Origin: Candidatus Kaiserbacteria bacterium
GTDB taxonomy: Bacteria; Patescibacteriota; Minisyncoccia; Phycocordibacterales; Phycocordibacteraceae
DNA length: 64,000 nt
NCBI GenBank assembly: GCA_963699165.1
Contig: OY969413.1
Span: 404,562 to 468,561 of the forward strand
Direction of reading: 5' to 3'
Below, one piece after another: positions 41,825 to 51,205 of this stretch; the first letter of the stretch is position 1, and each line of letters starts with the position of its first letter. The notes beneath the pieces were generated by a model. It saw nothing but the letters and a program-made list of their open reading frames with translations. It had not been told where the DNA came from and searched no databases. Made by a program: the position numbers and the translations under genes.

Positions 41825-42573
41825 TACCCATCGAGGCGCATCTCTTCGACGATCAGTCGCCCGAAAACATCTCACTTCGATTGAAGCGGATCGAGAAGGA
41901 TATCGGATATGCTTCATCCTCGGCTATACGCCGATATATCAAGAGCCCGTATGGCAGACGGATCGAGTCGCATCGAGCAAAGGTATTCAAGAAGAGGCGA
42001 CGCTCTCGGCCATCGAAACCACACATTGCCGACAAGCGCCTGATCGACAAACGACCGAGCAAAATCAACAAGCGATGGGGATTGGGTCACATGGAGGGCG
42101 ACTTCATCGTGTCGGGCAAGAGCGGTCAAGGCATCATTCTTGGTCTGCGGGATCGCAGGGTGCGCAAAAACCTGCTGGAGCGGATCCTGCCAGTGTCAGT
42201 GCGAAACGTGGAGCGAGCGCTTCGCAGAATGAAAAAGCGGTATCCCGAGATGCAGACCATCACATTCGACAACGATATTCTCTTTCTCGAACACAAACGG
42301 CTAGAGAAGGTGCTTGGGGTGAAGATATATTTCTGTCATGTGCATGCGCCATGGGAGAAGCCATCAATCGAGAATCTGAACAAGGACTTGCGGCGGTACA
42401 TCCCGAAAAGCTCGGATATTTCAAAGTATTCAAAAAGATTTGTGCAGAAACTCGAAGCAAAGATGAATCGCCGCTTCATGGATGTGCTCGGTTCACTCAC
42501 GCCAGATGAGGCGTATGCTGCGGAAAAGAAACAACGCGCTCAGAGGAGCGCAAAAAACCGTCGTTCGAATTGA
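41825..42573 (+). pseudogene. IS30-family transposase, N-terminally truncated (about the C-terminal 250 aa only)
   Basis: WGLGHMEGDFIVSGKSGQG, ITFDNDILFLEHKRLEKVLGVKIYFCHVHAPWEKPSIENLNKDLRRYIPK and MDVLGSLTPDE match the IS30 DDE core. No N-terminal HTH. Begins exactly where the IS1595 transposase stops. Confidence 0.6.
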
Positions 42574-42629
42574 GGGGTTTGGGTGCCATTGGTTTCCCAT
42601 TAAGATACTCGTATATGAAGGATTGTTTG

Positions 42630-43673
42630 TCAATTCATTGTACGCGTCCAGTACTTTTGGCAGTCCCCGACGGTTAATGTACACACAATATACCGCAAGG
42701 GGGACACCATGCCGAGCGACTGGTGCGGGCGTTTGGTGTTGTACCAGATCAGCCAGTCGACAAGCTTCAGATTGAAGGAATGAATATCGTCCCGCAGCAG
42801 GCCCCGATTCAGCATGATGAAGTCCTCGGAGACGGTGCGATTGAATCGTTCGACGTGGGCATTCATCTTGGGAGTGCGGGGGCGGGTGTGAAAGTGCGTG
42901 AGCCCGAGTTCGGCACAGGCATCCTCGAAGTGTTTGGCGAACTCGCTCCCGTTGTCGGTCTGCAACTCGTCGATATCGAAGGGGCAAACCTCGATGACTC
43001 GGCGAAGGAAGTCGTCCGCGCTTCTCGACGAGTGGTTCGTATACGCGCCCGCAAAGGCGAACTTCCGCTCCACATCCACTGCCGTGAGGACGTACCGCTT
43101 CACGCCGTCGATGAAGCGGACGACGGTATCGAGCTCCATGCCGCGCTTGCCGGTGCGGCGAAGCTTGGTACGGCGTTTCTGCGGTGTTTCCGTGTGATTG
43201 CCCGTACGTGCGTGGAACGAGAGCCGGCTCTGCTGCGGGAGCAGACCGCGGTTCTTCAAATCCAGAATGACCCGCCCAACGTATGACTCCGACACGGAGT
43301 GCCCTTCTTCGCGCAGGAGAACGGCAAGCTTTGCTTTCCCAAGCCGGGGATGCGCCTGTCGTTCGCGGATGATGAAATCCTCGACCTCGGGCAGAACAGT
43401 CCTCCTTCGACGCGCCTTCGGCGCAGTGCTCTTCGGGTCAAGTGCATCAATGCGGCCCTCGTGGGCTTTGAGTTCCTCCTTCCAGCGATACAAGGTGCGC
43501 TCCGAGGTGCCAAAGGCGTCGTATGCGGCCTCCGTCCCGTGCATGTCCCAGAATCCCAATATCTTCACCCGTCTGTCGACTTCCTTTGGTTTCCGCATAT
43601 GCCGCAATCGTATCGTCCTTTCCCACATGCTCAACCAGCCCTTCGTACCCCTGAAATTGCTTCTGATGCGCAT
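42630..43673 (-). CDS. IS481-family DDE transposase, copy 3
   Basis: Same protein as copies 1 and 2; the stop codon TGA is supplied by the flank within TTGACA. Confidence 0.85.
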   Translation of the reverse strand: MRIRSNFRGTKGWLSMWERTIRLRHMRKPKEVDRRVKILGFWDMHGTEAAYDAFGTSERTLYRWKEELKAHEGRIDALDPKSTAPKARRRRTVLPEVEDFIIRERQAHPRLGKAKLAVLLREEGHSVSESYVGRVILDLKNRGLLPQQSRLSFHARTGNHTETPQKRRTKLRRTGKRGMELDTVVRFIDGVKRYVLTAVDVERKFAFAGAYTNHSSRSADDFLRRVIEVCPFDIDELQTDNGSEFAKHFEDACAELGLTHFHTRPRTPKMNAHVERFNRTVSEDFIMLNRGLLRDDIHSFNLKLVDWLIWYNTKRPHQSLGMVSPLRYIVCTLTVGDCQKYWTRTMN

Positions 43674-43718
43674 ATATCCTCGGTTATGAGGACTGCCAAA
43701 TGTATCTGAACTTATGCA
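42639..43718 (-). mobile_element. IS481-like insertion sequence, copy 3 (1080 bp), 5-bp TSD TTCAT
   Basis: ttcat at 42634-42638 and 43719-43723. One coding SNP (Y to H) relative to copies 1 and 2. Its left end lies about 30 nt upstream of the hisS start. Confidence 0.85.
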
Positions 43719-43753
43719 TTCATCCGGCGTGCAGGCTGTGATAAACTTTGAGA

Positions 43754-45022
43754 ATGTCCGAAATGCTTTCGACCGACCCCTATAAAGGCGTGCGCGATTT
43801 TTATCCGGCCGACTGGGCGGTCCTGCAGGCGCTTTTGGGAAGTGCGCGCGAGACGCTTTTGAAATGGGGATACGAAGAATACAATGCTTCCCCGCTTGAG
43901 CGCGCGGAGCTCTATGAAGCAAAGACGTCCGAAGAAATCGTAAACGAGCAGACCTATACATTCACCGACCGCGGCGACCGGCGCGTCACGCTCCGGCCCG
44001 AAATGACGCCGACCTTGGCGCGCATGGTTGCCGCAAAGCGCCGCGAGCTCGCCTTTCCTTTGCGCTGGTTTTCCATCGGCAACCGTTTCCGCTACGAGCG
44101 TCCCCAAAAAGGCCGCCTGCGGGAGTTTTATCAGGCAGACGTCGACTTGGTCGGCCTTCCCGAAGGCGAGGCGGATATCGAGATTGTTACGCTTGCCTCG
44201 CGCATTTTGCGCGACCTGGGTGCCGATGAAAGCGAGTTCTCGATACGATTAAATTCGCGCCCGCTTTTAAATGCGGCGTGCAAAGCCGCCGGTCTTGAGG
44301 ACGAGAAAGCCCGAACATATGTTCGCCTGCTGGATAAAAAATCGAAAATGACCGACGAAGAATTCGCTGCCGCATCGAGCGAGATTTCGGCAAAGGACCC
44401 GCTTTCGTTTATCGAGAACGCGGGCGAAGCGCCGGAAGTTTCCGAAGAGAAAAAGAAACTTCTCGACCGCATCGAGACGCTCAAAGCCCGCGGCGTGGCT
44501 AACGCCGTCTTTAATCCGGCCGTCACCCGGGGTTTCGATTATTACACCGGCATGGTATTCGAAATTTTCGATACGAATCCGGAAAACTCGCGTTCCATTT
44601 TCGGCGGCGGCCGCTACGACCGGCTCGTCGCGCTTTTTGGCGGCGATCCTATTCCGGCGGTCGGCTTTGCCATCGGCGATGTGACGCTTGCGGATTTTGC
44701 GCAAACACATGGGCTCGCTCAAAAGGCAGCGACGGACAAACCGCAGTTGTATCTCGGCACGCCGGGCGCAGGCGACATTCCCGCCGCACAGGCATTTGCC
44801 GACACGCTCCGCGCGCAAGGTTGCCGCATTTTTGTGAACCTCACCGAACGCGGACTCGGCGACCAAATAAAGGATGCAGTGAAGCACGGCATACCCTTCT
44901 TTGCCGCATACGGCGCGAATGAGGTCGAACGCGGCGCCCTACGGCTGAAAACGCTGGCAACCGGCAAGGAAAGCGAGCTTCCCGCCTCCGAAATTCCTTC
45001 GCGTCTTCGGATGGACAACTGA
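43754..45022 (+). CDS. hisS: Histidine--tRNA ligase
   Basis: Class II aaRS motifs (RLREFYQADVD...) and a C-terminal anticodon-binding domain. The ORF-track TTG start at 43748 is replaced by the ATG at 43754. Confidence 0.9.
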   Translation: MSEMLSTDPYKGVRDFYPADWAVLQALLGSARETLLKWGYEEYNASPLERAELYEAKTSEEIVNEQTYTFTDRGDRRVTLRPEMTPTLARMVAAKRRELAFPLRWFSIGNRFRYERPQKGRLREFYQADVDLVGLPEGEADIEIVTLASRILRDLGADESEFSIRLNSRPLLNAACKAAGLEDEKARTYVRLLDKKSKMTDEEFAAASSEISAKDPLSFIENAGEAPEVSEEKKKLLDRIETLKARGVANAVFNPAVTRGFDYYTGMVFEIFDTNPENSRSIFGGGRYDRLVALFGGDPIPAVGFAIGDVTLADFAQTHGLAQKAATDKPQLYLGTPGAGDIPAAQAFADTLRAQGCRIFVNLTERGLGDQIKDAVKHGIPFFAAYGANEVERGALRLKTLATGKESELPASEIPSRLRMDN

Positions 45023-45026
45023 CCGT

Positions 45027-45608
45027 ATGCGCGTCATCACGCTCGATATCGAATCGATTTCAAACTCCGCGGTTCGCGGCCACGTCGATGTAAACGAACA
45101 GGAAATCACGGTCGTCGCGATTCATGATTCGGAAACGGACACTTATGCCGCTTATTTTAAAGAGGATTTGCCGAAGCTTTGGCCGGTTCTTGAACGCACG
45201 GGCATGCTTGTCGGTTTTAACTCTGATTCGTTCGATATTCCGCTCCTCAATCGTTATTACCCCGGAGACCTTTCGCACGTTCTTTCTCTCGACCTGCTGA
45301 CCGAAGTTCAGAAAGTGCTCGGCAGGCGCATTCGGCTGCAATCGCTTGCGGAAGCAACCTTGGGCAAAGGAAAAAAAGGCGACGGCCTCAAAGCCGGCGA
45401 ATGGTGGAGAAACGGAGAGAAACAAAAAGTCGCGGAGTATTGCATCGAAGATGTCCGCCTTACGAGAGAACTGTACGATTACGCGCTTGCGCATAACGCG
45501 GTTAGGTACAAGGATTTGCGCGACGTGCGCGACATAAAACTCGATACGAAACACTGGGGCGAGAGAACGCACGCGGCGCCCGCAATGACCCACGCACTGC
45601 CGCTATGA
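45027..45608 (+). CDS. DEDDy-type 3'-5' exonuclease domain protein (RNase-H-like fold, YprB/PolB-exo-like)
   Basis: Exo I LDIES, Exo II GFNSDSFDIPLL, Exo III YCIEDVRLTRELY. Confidence 0.6.
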   Translation: MRVITLDIESISNSAVRGHVDVNEQEITVVAIHDSETDTYAAYFKEDLPKLWPVLERTGMLVGFNSDSFDIPLLNRYYPGDLSHVLSLDLLTEVQKVLGRRIRLQSLAEATLGKGKKGDGLKAGEWWRNGEKQKVAEYCIEDVRLTRELYDYALAHNAVRYKDLRDVRDIKLDTKHWGERTHAAPAMTHALPL

Positions 45609-46285
45609 AATCCTCGCTTAGTATTCCCTTTGCAATCCTCGCCGCAGGCATTATCGTCGCGCTCGCGGTGTATTTTAGCGTTGCAAAGCCCGCGCCGGGA
45701 AAATTAAGCGCCGGAGATTCTGCGCTCGTGCGTCCGGTAAGCACAAATGACCACATTCTTGGAAATCCCGCCGCGTCGGTTTTCATCGTCGAATACGCGG
45801 ATTTCGATTGCACCTATTGCAAACAATTTAATGACACGTTGGACCAAGTCATCGCAAACGACGGCGCGACCGGCAAGGTGGCGCTCGTGTTTCGCGAATT
45901 TCCGCTCACCGAATTGCATCCGAATGCGCTTCTGCACGCCGAAGCCGCCGAGTGCGTCGCGAATGTCGGGGGCAACGACGCGTTTTGGAAATTTGCCGAT
46001 TTGCTTTTTGCAAACCAGCCGGTCGACCCGACGCGGTACGGAGAATACGCGGCGTCGGCCGGAGTCGCGAGCAATGATGCGTTCGCTTCGTGTTTTGCGA
46101 ACGCATCGAGCACCGTTGGAGGGCGCATAAACGCCGACAGACAAAATGCCCTTTCAATCGGCGCACAGGGAACGCCGTATTCGCTCATTCTTGTTTCGGG
46201 CCAAGCGCCGGTCGTGCTTGATGGCGCATCGTCATACGACGCGGTCAAAGAGCTTGTGGATAAAGCGCTGGGCGAGGCGCAGTAA
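45605..46285 (+). CDS. DsbA-like thiol:disulfide oxidoreductase (thioredoxin fold)
   Basis: N-terminal TM/signal; CxxC active site DFDCTYCKQF. Confidence 0.7.
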   Translation: MKSSLSIPFAILAAGIIVALAVYFSVAKPAPGKLSAGDSALVRPVSTNDHILGNPAASVFIVEYADFDCTYCKQFNDTLDQVIANDGATGKVALVFREFPLTELHPNALLHAEAAECVANVGGNDAFWKFADLLFANQPVDPTRYGEYAASAGVASNDAFASCFANASSTVGGRINADRQNALSIGAQGTPYSLILVSGQAPVVLDGASSYDAVKELVDKALGEAQ

Positions 46286-49225
46286 CTATTCGGCGAGCAG
46301 GAATCCGACGAGGTCGCAGAAATCACATGTCTCGGAGTCGCATGAGGTTGTAAACGCCGAGCCATCGGCAATCGCTTTCGCTGCTTCGACGAGTTCCTTT
46401 TCGAGAGCCGCGACTTCCGAATCGGTAATCGCGAAGCGGCGAATCACGCATTTCCCTTTTGAGTCCGGTGCGACGAAATGCAGCCCGGCTTCGCGCATGG
46501 AATAGCGGCCGTCCATTTTCAAAAGCAATTTGTAAAACACCAGCTGGCGATAGTAATGTCCATCGGCGGATTTCGTGAGCCCCCGGATTTCATTTTCGCT
46601 TTTTACGGGACCGGTTTTGTAATCGATGACTTCCGCGGTCCCGTCTCCTTTAATGTCGAGCCGGTCGAGCTTGCCCGTAATCGGCACGTCGCCGACACCC
46701 GGCACGGAAAGCGAGCCGCTCAAGGAAATTTCCGATTCGGACATCGCATTCAACGAACTGCCTTCCTGCGCTACATATGCGCGAAGCGCCGCCTCGCCCG
46801 TTTTCGCGAGCTCTTTCCGGTCGAGCGGCGTAAGCGGCAAACGGCCAAGCTCGCGTTCGCATGCCACGATTGCGTCTTCAAGTGACGCCATTCCTTTTTT
46901 TGCGCCGTCGGCATATGCTTTGAGTCCGGCGTGCACGGCCGTGCCGAACATCATCGGAATCGACTGCGCGCTCGGCAGCATGAGCAGCGAGCGGAAATAA
47001 TATTGCCACGGAGAATCGACATAATTATTGAATGCGGTCGGCGAAAATCCTCGGACAAGCAGGCGCTCTTTCAAAAACGCCGTATCGAGAATGGCGCGCC
47101 TCTCGTACGAGCTCGCACGCGGCGGTTCCGGTGTGAATTCTTTCGGAGCAACGTATGCGGCGATGTCCGACAAAAATCGAAGCGGTGTCTGCACGCGATT
47201 TTCCTCCGTCATGTCCGAACGCGTAATCAGGACGCCGTCGCGGGCGCGCGTAAGCGCCACATACAACAACCGCCGCACATCATGTTCGTCGTCGTCTTTT
47301 TCAAGCAACAGCGAAAATTCATCCGTTCGTCCGCGTATCCATTTTTCGTCGGTCGCGTTCGCAATGATGACCTGCGGAAATTCGAGTCCTTTTGCCGCGT
47401 GCGCCGTCATGAGCCGCACGCCCGCGTGCCTCGTGCGGGCCCGTTTGACTTTTAATTCATGCATCTCGATGAGCGCGATGCGGCGCAGGAAATCGCCCGC
47501 AGTCGCACTCGGATTTTCTTTGGCGAGCAGCGCCGCCTCGTCCATGAATCCCTGATACGCCTCGTAGGCGTCCTCGCTCTCGCCGAGCGCAAGAATACCG
47601 GCAAGAAATCCGCTTTCGCCCGCAAGCCGCGCAAGCCACTCCACGACCGGCGTTGCCGGCATTTCTTTCGATGCTTTTTCCATGCAGCGAGCCCATGCGC
47701 GCAATTCCGGCGACCCGTGCGCTTTTATGTATTCAAATAGCGGCGCTCCCTCGCGCGACACAGAAAGCAACCGCAGACGCTCGGCAAGCGCTCCGGGCAG
47801 CCCGGGCATAAAGAGCGCGCGGGAGAGCGGCGCGTCTTGCGAAAGGTCGGCAAGCGCGCGAATAAGCGAGAGGAAAAGCTGAACTGCCGGATGCGCAAGC
47901 GCACTCATCTCCGCGGCGACATGGTCTTCCGGAATGCCGGCGACGCGCAGACATTCGGCGAGCGATAGCACATCGGCATTTTTCTTTGTGATTATCGCAA
48001 TGTCTTCATACGGCACGCCGGACATACGCAAGGCGCGTATGTGCGCGGCAATGGCGTCGCATTCCTCTCGCGGCGTGCCGCATACGGCTTCTTCAATCGC
48101 ACCTCCTTTGCCGCGAACGGCTTTAAGGACCGGACGAAGCGTCGCATCGGGAACCGGCGCGGGCGCAATGAGATCATGAGCGGTATTCAGAATGTGCGCC
48201 TTTGAACGGTAATTTTCGTCGAGCGAAATGACGCGCGCATCCGGATATTTTTCCTTAAAATAGAAGAAAGATGCGAGCGATGCTCCTTGGAAACGGTAAA
48301 TCGCCTGCTTTTCATCGCCCACGATGAAAAGGTTCGGCGCGCCGTCGAAATCCGTCACCAGTTCAAGCAATCGATTTTGCGCCGGATTCGCATCCTGATG
48401 TTCATCGGCCAGAACGAATTGCGACCGCTCGCCGACTTCTGCGCGAAATCCTTCGTCCGATTCGAGCCCCCGCACCGCCTCGCTGATGAGATCTTCGTAA
48501 TCGTATAGGGACTTTTTTTCAAGCGCCTCGCAGTACGCAGCGAAAAGATGCGCCGCTTCGATGTGCTTCTCGAGGCGCTCGCGCCGATGAATATACTCGC
48601 CCTTTTCGCGCCCTTTGTATGCGCCGCGCGCGTGCACGCGTTCCGGATCGGCCAGCAATTGCGAATGCGAAGCCGTCAATTCCGCAAGATAGCTCTCGGG
48701 CGTGTAGTGCTCCTGTTTCAATTTTTTCATGAACTCGAGAAGCTGTTTTGCCGCGCGGTGCGGGAATTTCGGGTTGCGTATTTTCGCGTACTCCCCCGCA
48801 TCAAGCAGTTCCTCCATGAGCGTCATGCCGGCAATTTCGGAAAGCGGCGTGCCAAGCGCGATTCTCGGAAAAAGGTCGGGGCGCAATTCCAAAATCGAAC
48901 GCGCAAAACCGTGAAAGGTATGGATGCGGACGCGATACGCGGCGGCGCCGATAAAACCCGCAAGCCGCGTGCGCAGCGCCGCTACCGCGCTTTCCGTAAA
49001 CGTGAGCGCAAGAATGTCGTCCGGTTTTGTTCCGGTCGCCTTCTGCAGAATATTTCCGATGCGAAGCGCGAGCATCTGCGTTTTGCCGGTGCCCGGTCCG
49101 GCAATGACGATGACCGGGCCGTAAATTGCGTCGACGGCTTCTTTTTGCTTCGTATTCAGTTTTGCGTACGCTTCTTCGAATGCCTGCGTGGTCGCCATAT
49201 GTTCCAGTGTACCGCGCATCGGCAT
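46286..49225 (-). CDS. UvrD/PcrA-family helicase fused to a C-terminal Cas4/AddB-type Fe-S PD-(D/E)xK nuclease (AddA-like helicase-nuclease)
   Basis: Walker A IAGPGTGKTQ and UvrD motifs; C-terminus YYRQLVFYKLLL...TTSCDSETCDFCD (QLxxY motif plus Cys cluster). Confidence 0.8.
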   Translation of the reverse strand: MPMRGTLEHMATTQAFEEAYAKLNTKQKEAVDAIYGPVIVIAGPGTGKTQMLALRIGNILQKATGTKPDDILALTFTESAVAALRTRLAGFIGAAAYRVRIHTFHGFARSILELRPDLFPRIALGTPLSEIAGMTLMEELLDAGEYAKIRNPKFPHRAAKQLLEFMKKLKQEHYTPESYLAELTASHSQLLADPERVHARGAYKGREKGEYIHRRERLEKHIEAAHLFAAYCEALEKKSLYDYEDLISEAVRGLESDEGFRAEVGERSQFVLADEHQDANPAQNRLLELVTDFDGAPNLFIVGDEKQAIYRFQGASLASFFYFKEKYPDARVISLDENYRSKAHILNTAHDLIAPAPVPDATLRPVLKAVRGKGGAIEEAVCGTPREECDAIAAHIRALRMSGVPYEDIAIITKKNADVLSLAECLRVAGIPEDHVAAEMSALAHPAVQLFLSLIRALADLSQDAPLSRALFMPGLPGALAERLRLLSVSREGAPLFEYIKAHGSPELRAWARCMEKASKEMPATPVVEWLARLAGESGFLAGILALGESEDAYEAYQGFMDEAALLAKENPSATAGDFLRRIALIEMHELKVKRARTRHAGVRLMTAHAAKGLEFPQVIIANATDEKWIRGRTDEFSLLLEKDDDEHDVRRLLYVALTRARDGVLITRSDMTEENRVQTPLRFLSDIAAYVAPKEFTPEPPRASSYERRAILDTAFLKERLLVRGFSPTAFNNYVDSPWQYYFRSLLMLPSAQSIPMMFGTAVHAGLKAYADGAKKGMASLEDAIVACERELGRLPLTPLDRKELAKTGEAALRAYVAQEGSSLNAMSESEISLSGSLSVPGVGDVPITGKLDRLDIKGDGTAEVIDYKTGPVKSENEIRGLTKSADGHYYRQLVFYKLLLKMDGRYSMREAGLHFVAPDSKGKCVIRRFAITDSEVAALEKELVEAAKAIADGSAFTTSCDSETCDFCDLVGFLLAE

Positions 49226-49237
49226 TTTTCCGAAAAA

Positions 49238-49265
49238 TTGACATCGCTTTCGGGAATGTTATATT
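49238..49265 (+). promoter_or_regulatory. Near-consensus sigma70 promoter TTGACA-16-TATATT
   Basis: In the divergent intergenic region between the helicase-nuclease gene and the 49330 ORF; 5' UTR hairpin tcacgaggttttcgtga. Confidence 0.5.
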
Positions 49266-49329
49266 GCACACATTCCTATTTGGGAATCCTTTCACGAGGT
49301 TTTCGTGAGAATAGTAACGGGAGTGGATT

Positions 49330-49530
49330 ATGCAGAAGTTAAGTGACCACGGCCGTCGTGCGCTTGCACTTGGCGCTTATTTAAGCGCTCGCCAGGCCGC
49401 AAAGAAACCGCCTCTCACCGAAGTGGAACGGCGGTATGTCCTGGATGCCGCGGAAAAAGAAAATGTTCTGCCCGAAGACGTGGCTGCCTTTGCCGAAAAG
49501 ATTCTAATGCTGGCGGAGAAAGCCGCATAA
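49330..49530 (+). CDS. Small helical hypothetical protein (66 aa)
   Basis: ORF downstream of the consensus promoter; Ala/Glu-rich. Confidence 0.35.
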   Translation: MQKLSDHGRRALALGAYLSARQAAKKPPLTEVERRYVLDAAEKENVLPEDVAAFAEKILMLAEKAA

Positions 49531-49540
49531 GGAGGGCTCG

Positions 49541-49903
49541 TTGCCACTCATCGAGGTGTTGGGGGTACCGATGGGTACTCCCGACGAAGTATTGAACGGT
49601 CTTGAAGCGGCTCTGGTAACGGAGGTGCTCAAAATTCGCGAGCTTGCCCTACAAAGTCCGCGGGATGTGACCTGTTATTTCGGCCGCGACACTAGAGACG
49701 TTAGGCCGCGCGGGACAGAGATTGTAAATCGGGTCACTGTCGACGAACGCCCGGAACGTACGCATGCCGTGCTTGAGTGGCTCGCGGGAGTCATCTCGGC
49801 GCAAGTCGGGTTTGTTTTCCTGGACGCCACATTGAATGAATGTATGGTCATCACCTTCAATCGTCAAAAAGGTGGCTATGCCTGCCTGAAAAAACAAACG
49901 TAA
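49541..49903 (+). CDS. Hypothetical protein (120 aa)
   Basis: ORF following the small gene with a 10-nt gap; no recognisable motif. Confidence 0.4.
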   Translation: MPLIEVLGVPMGTPDEVLNGLEAALVTEVLKIRELALQSPRDVTCYFGRDTRDVRPRGTEIVNRVTVDERPERTHAVLEWLAGVISAQVGFVFLDATLNECMVITFNRQKGGYACLKKQT

Positions 49904-49945
49904 AAAAACCCGAGCCGCCCTTACAGGCGGCTCAAATCTTTTTAA
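49901..49945. terminator. Bidirectional intrinsic terminator between convergent genes
   Basis: aaaaaaaccc-GAGCCGCC-cttaca-GGCGGCTC-aaatcttttta: 8-bp stem flanked by an A-run and a T-run. Confidence 0.5.
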
Positions 49946-51189
49946 TACGACTTCAGATGCCGCGCTTTTTCGTGCGTGCGGATTCGCTCGAGCGCCTTTG
50001 CTTCGATTTGGCGGATGCGCTCGCGCGTAACGCCGAACTCCTTCCCCACTTCTTCAAGGGTGTGGTAGACGCCGTCGGTGAGGCCGTGGCGCAATTCGAG
50101 AATCTTGCGTTCCTTCGGCAACAGGTCGCTCAAAATCGCCCGCACTTGCTCGTGCAATATGCGCTCGGATGACTCCTGGACCGGCGATGGGATCTTGTCG
50201 TCCGGAATAAAATCGCCGAGGGTCGATTTATCATCGTCGTCGGAACCGATTGGATTTTCGAGCGAAAGCGTATCCTGATTGATTTTCTCAATTTGATACA
50301 CCTTTTCCGGCTCGATGCCCATTTCAATCGCGATTTCCTCGGGCTGCGGGTCGCGACCGAGTGCTTGTGCGAGGCGGCGCGACACTTGTTTATATTTCGC
50401 GATTGTCTCCACCATGTGCACCGGAATGCGGATAGTGCGCGACTGGTCGGCGAGCGCGCGCGTTATCGCCTGGCGAATCCACCAAGTGGCATACGTCGAA
50501 AACTTGTATCCTTTTTTCCAATCAAACTTGTCGACGGCGCGGAACAAACCCAAGTTCCCTTCCTGAATCAAATCGAGCAAGGTGAGGTCCGGGCTGCGGC
50601 CGACGTATTTCTTCGCGATGGATACGACAAGGCGCAGGTTGCTGCGCGCGAGAATGTTGCGGGCCTCCGAATCGCCTTTCTCGATGCGTTTTGCAAGTTC
50701 GCGTTCTTCGGCCGCCGTCAAAAGCGGATACTGGCCGATTTCCCGCAGATAAATCTGAATCGAATCGTAGCTCGTCGAATGGCGGTCTTTAATATTGCGC
50801 GTGGCCAAGTATTCGTCCGCGGCTTCTTCGAGCATGCCACCTTCAAGCACGTCAACGCCCGCGATTGCAAAACGCTCGTAGAGCGACTCGAGAAAATTCA
50901 CGTCGTCTTCGACGTGCGGAAAGGATTTGAGAATTTCATTGTACGTGACGTACCCGCGCTCCTTGCCTTTTTCGATAAGCTGTTCGGCGGAGAGCGCTTT
51001 TGCGGAGTCCGCCTTAGCTTTGGCTCCGCGGGCCGCGGCGCGCACAACATCCTTTTTGGACCGCAACGCTTTCTTAACCGCCTTCTTTTTTGCGGTCTTA
51101 TTTTTTGCGGCCACGCGCTTAGCCGGCCGCTTCACGGTGCGCGCATGCGCGGTCTTTTTCTTTTTTGCACTGGAGGATTTTTTTGCCAT
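49942..51189 (-). CDS. rpoD: RNA polymerase sigma factor RpoD (sigma70 family)
   Basis: Regions 1.2, 2 ([13 protein letters not shown]), 3 and 4 present; Lys-rich N-terminus. Internal ATG at 51189 chosen. Confidence 0.9.
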   Translation of the reverse strand: MAKKSSSAKKKKTAHARTVKRPAKRVAAKNKTAKKKAVKKALRSKKDVVRAAARGAKAKADSAKALSAEQLIEKGKERGYVTYNEILKSFPHVEDDVNFLESLYERFAIAGVDVLEGGMLEEAADEYLATRNIKDRHSTSYDSIQIYLREIGQYPLLTAAEERELAKRIEKGDSEARNILARSNLRLVVSIAKKYVGRSPDLTLLDLIQEGNLGLFRAVDKFDWKKGYKFSTYATWWIRQAITRALADQSRTIRIPVHMVETIAKYKQVSRRLAQALGRDPQPEEIAIEMGIEPEKVYQIEKINQDTLSLENPIGSDDDDKSTLGDFIPDDKIPSPVQESSERILHEQVRAILSDLLPKERKILELRHGLTDGVYHTLEEVGKEFGVTRERIRQIEAKALERIRTHEKARHLKSY

Positions 51190-51205
51190 GTGAATATAAA
51201 ATGAA

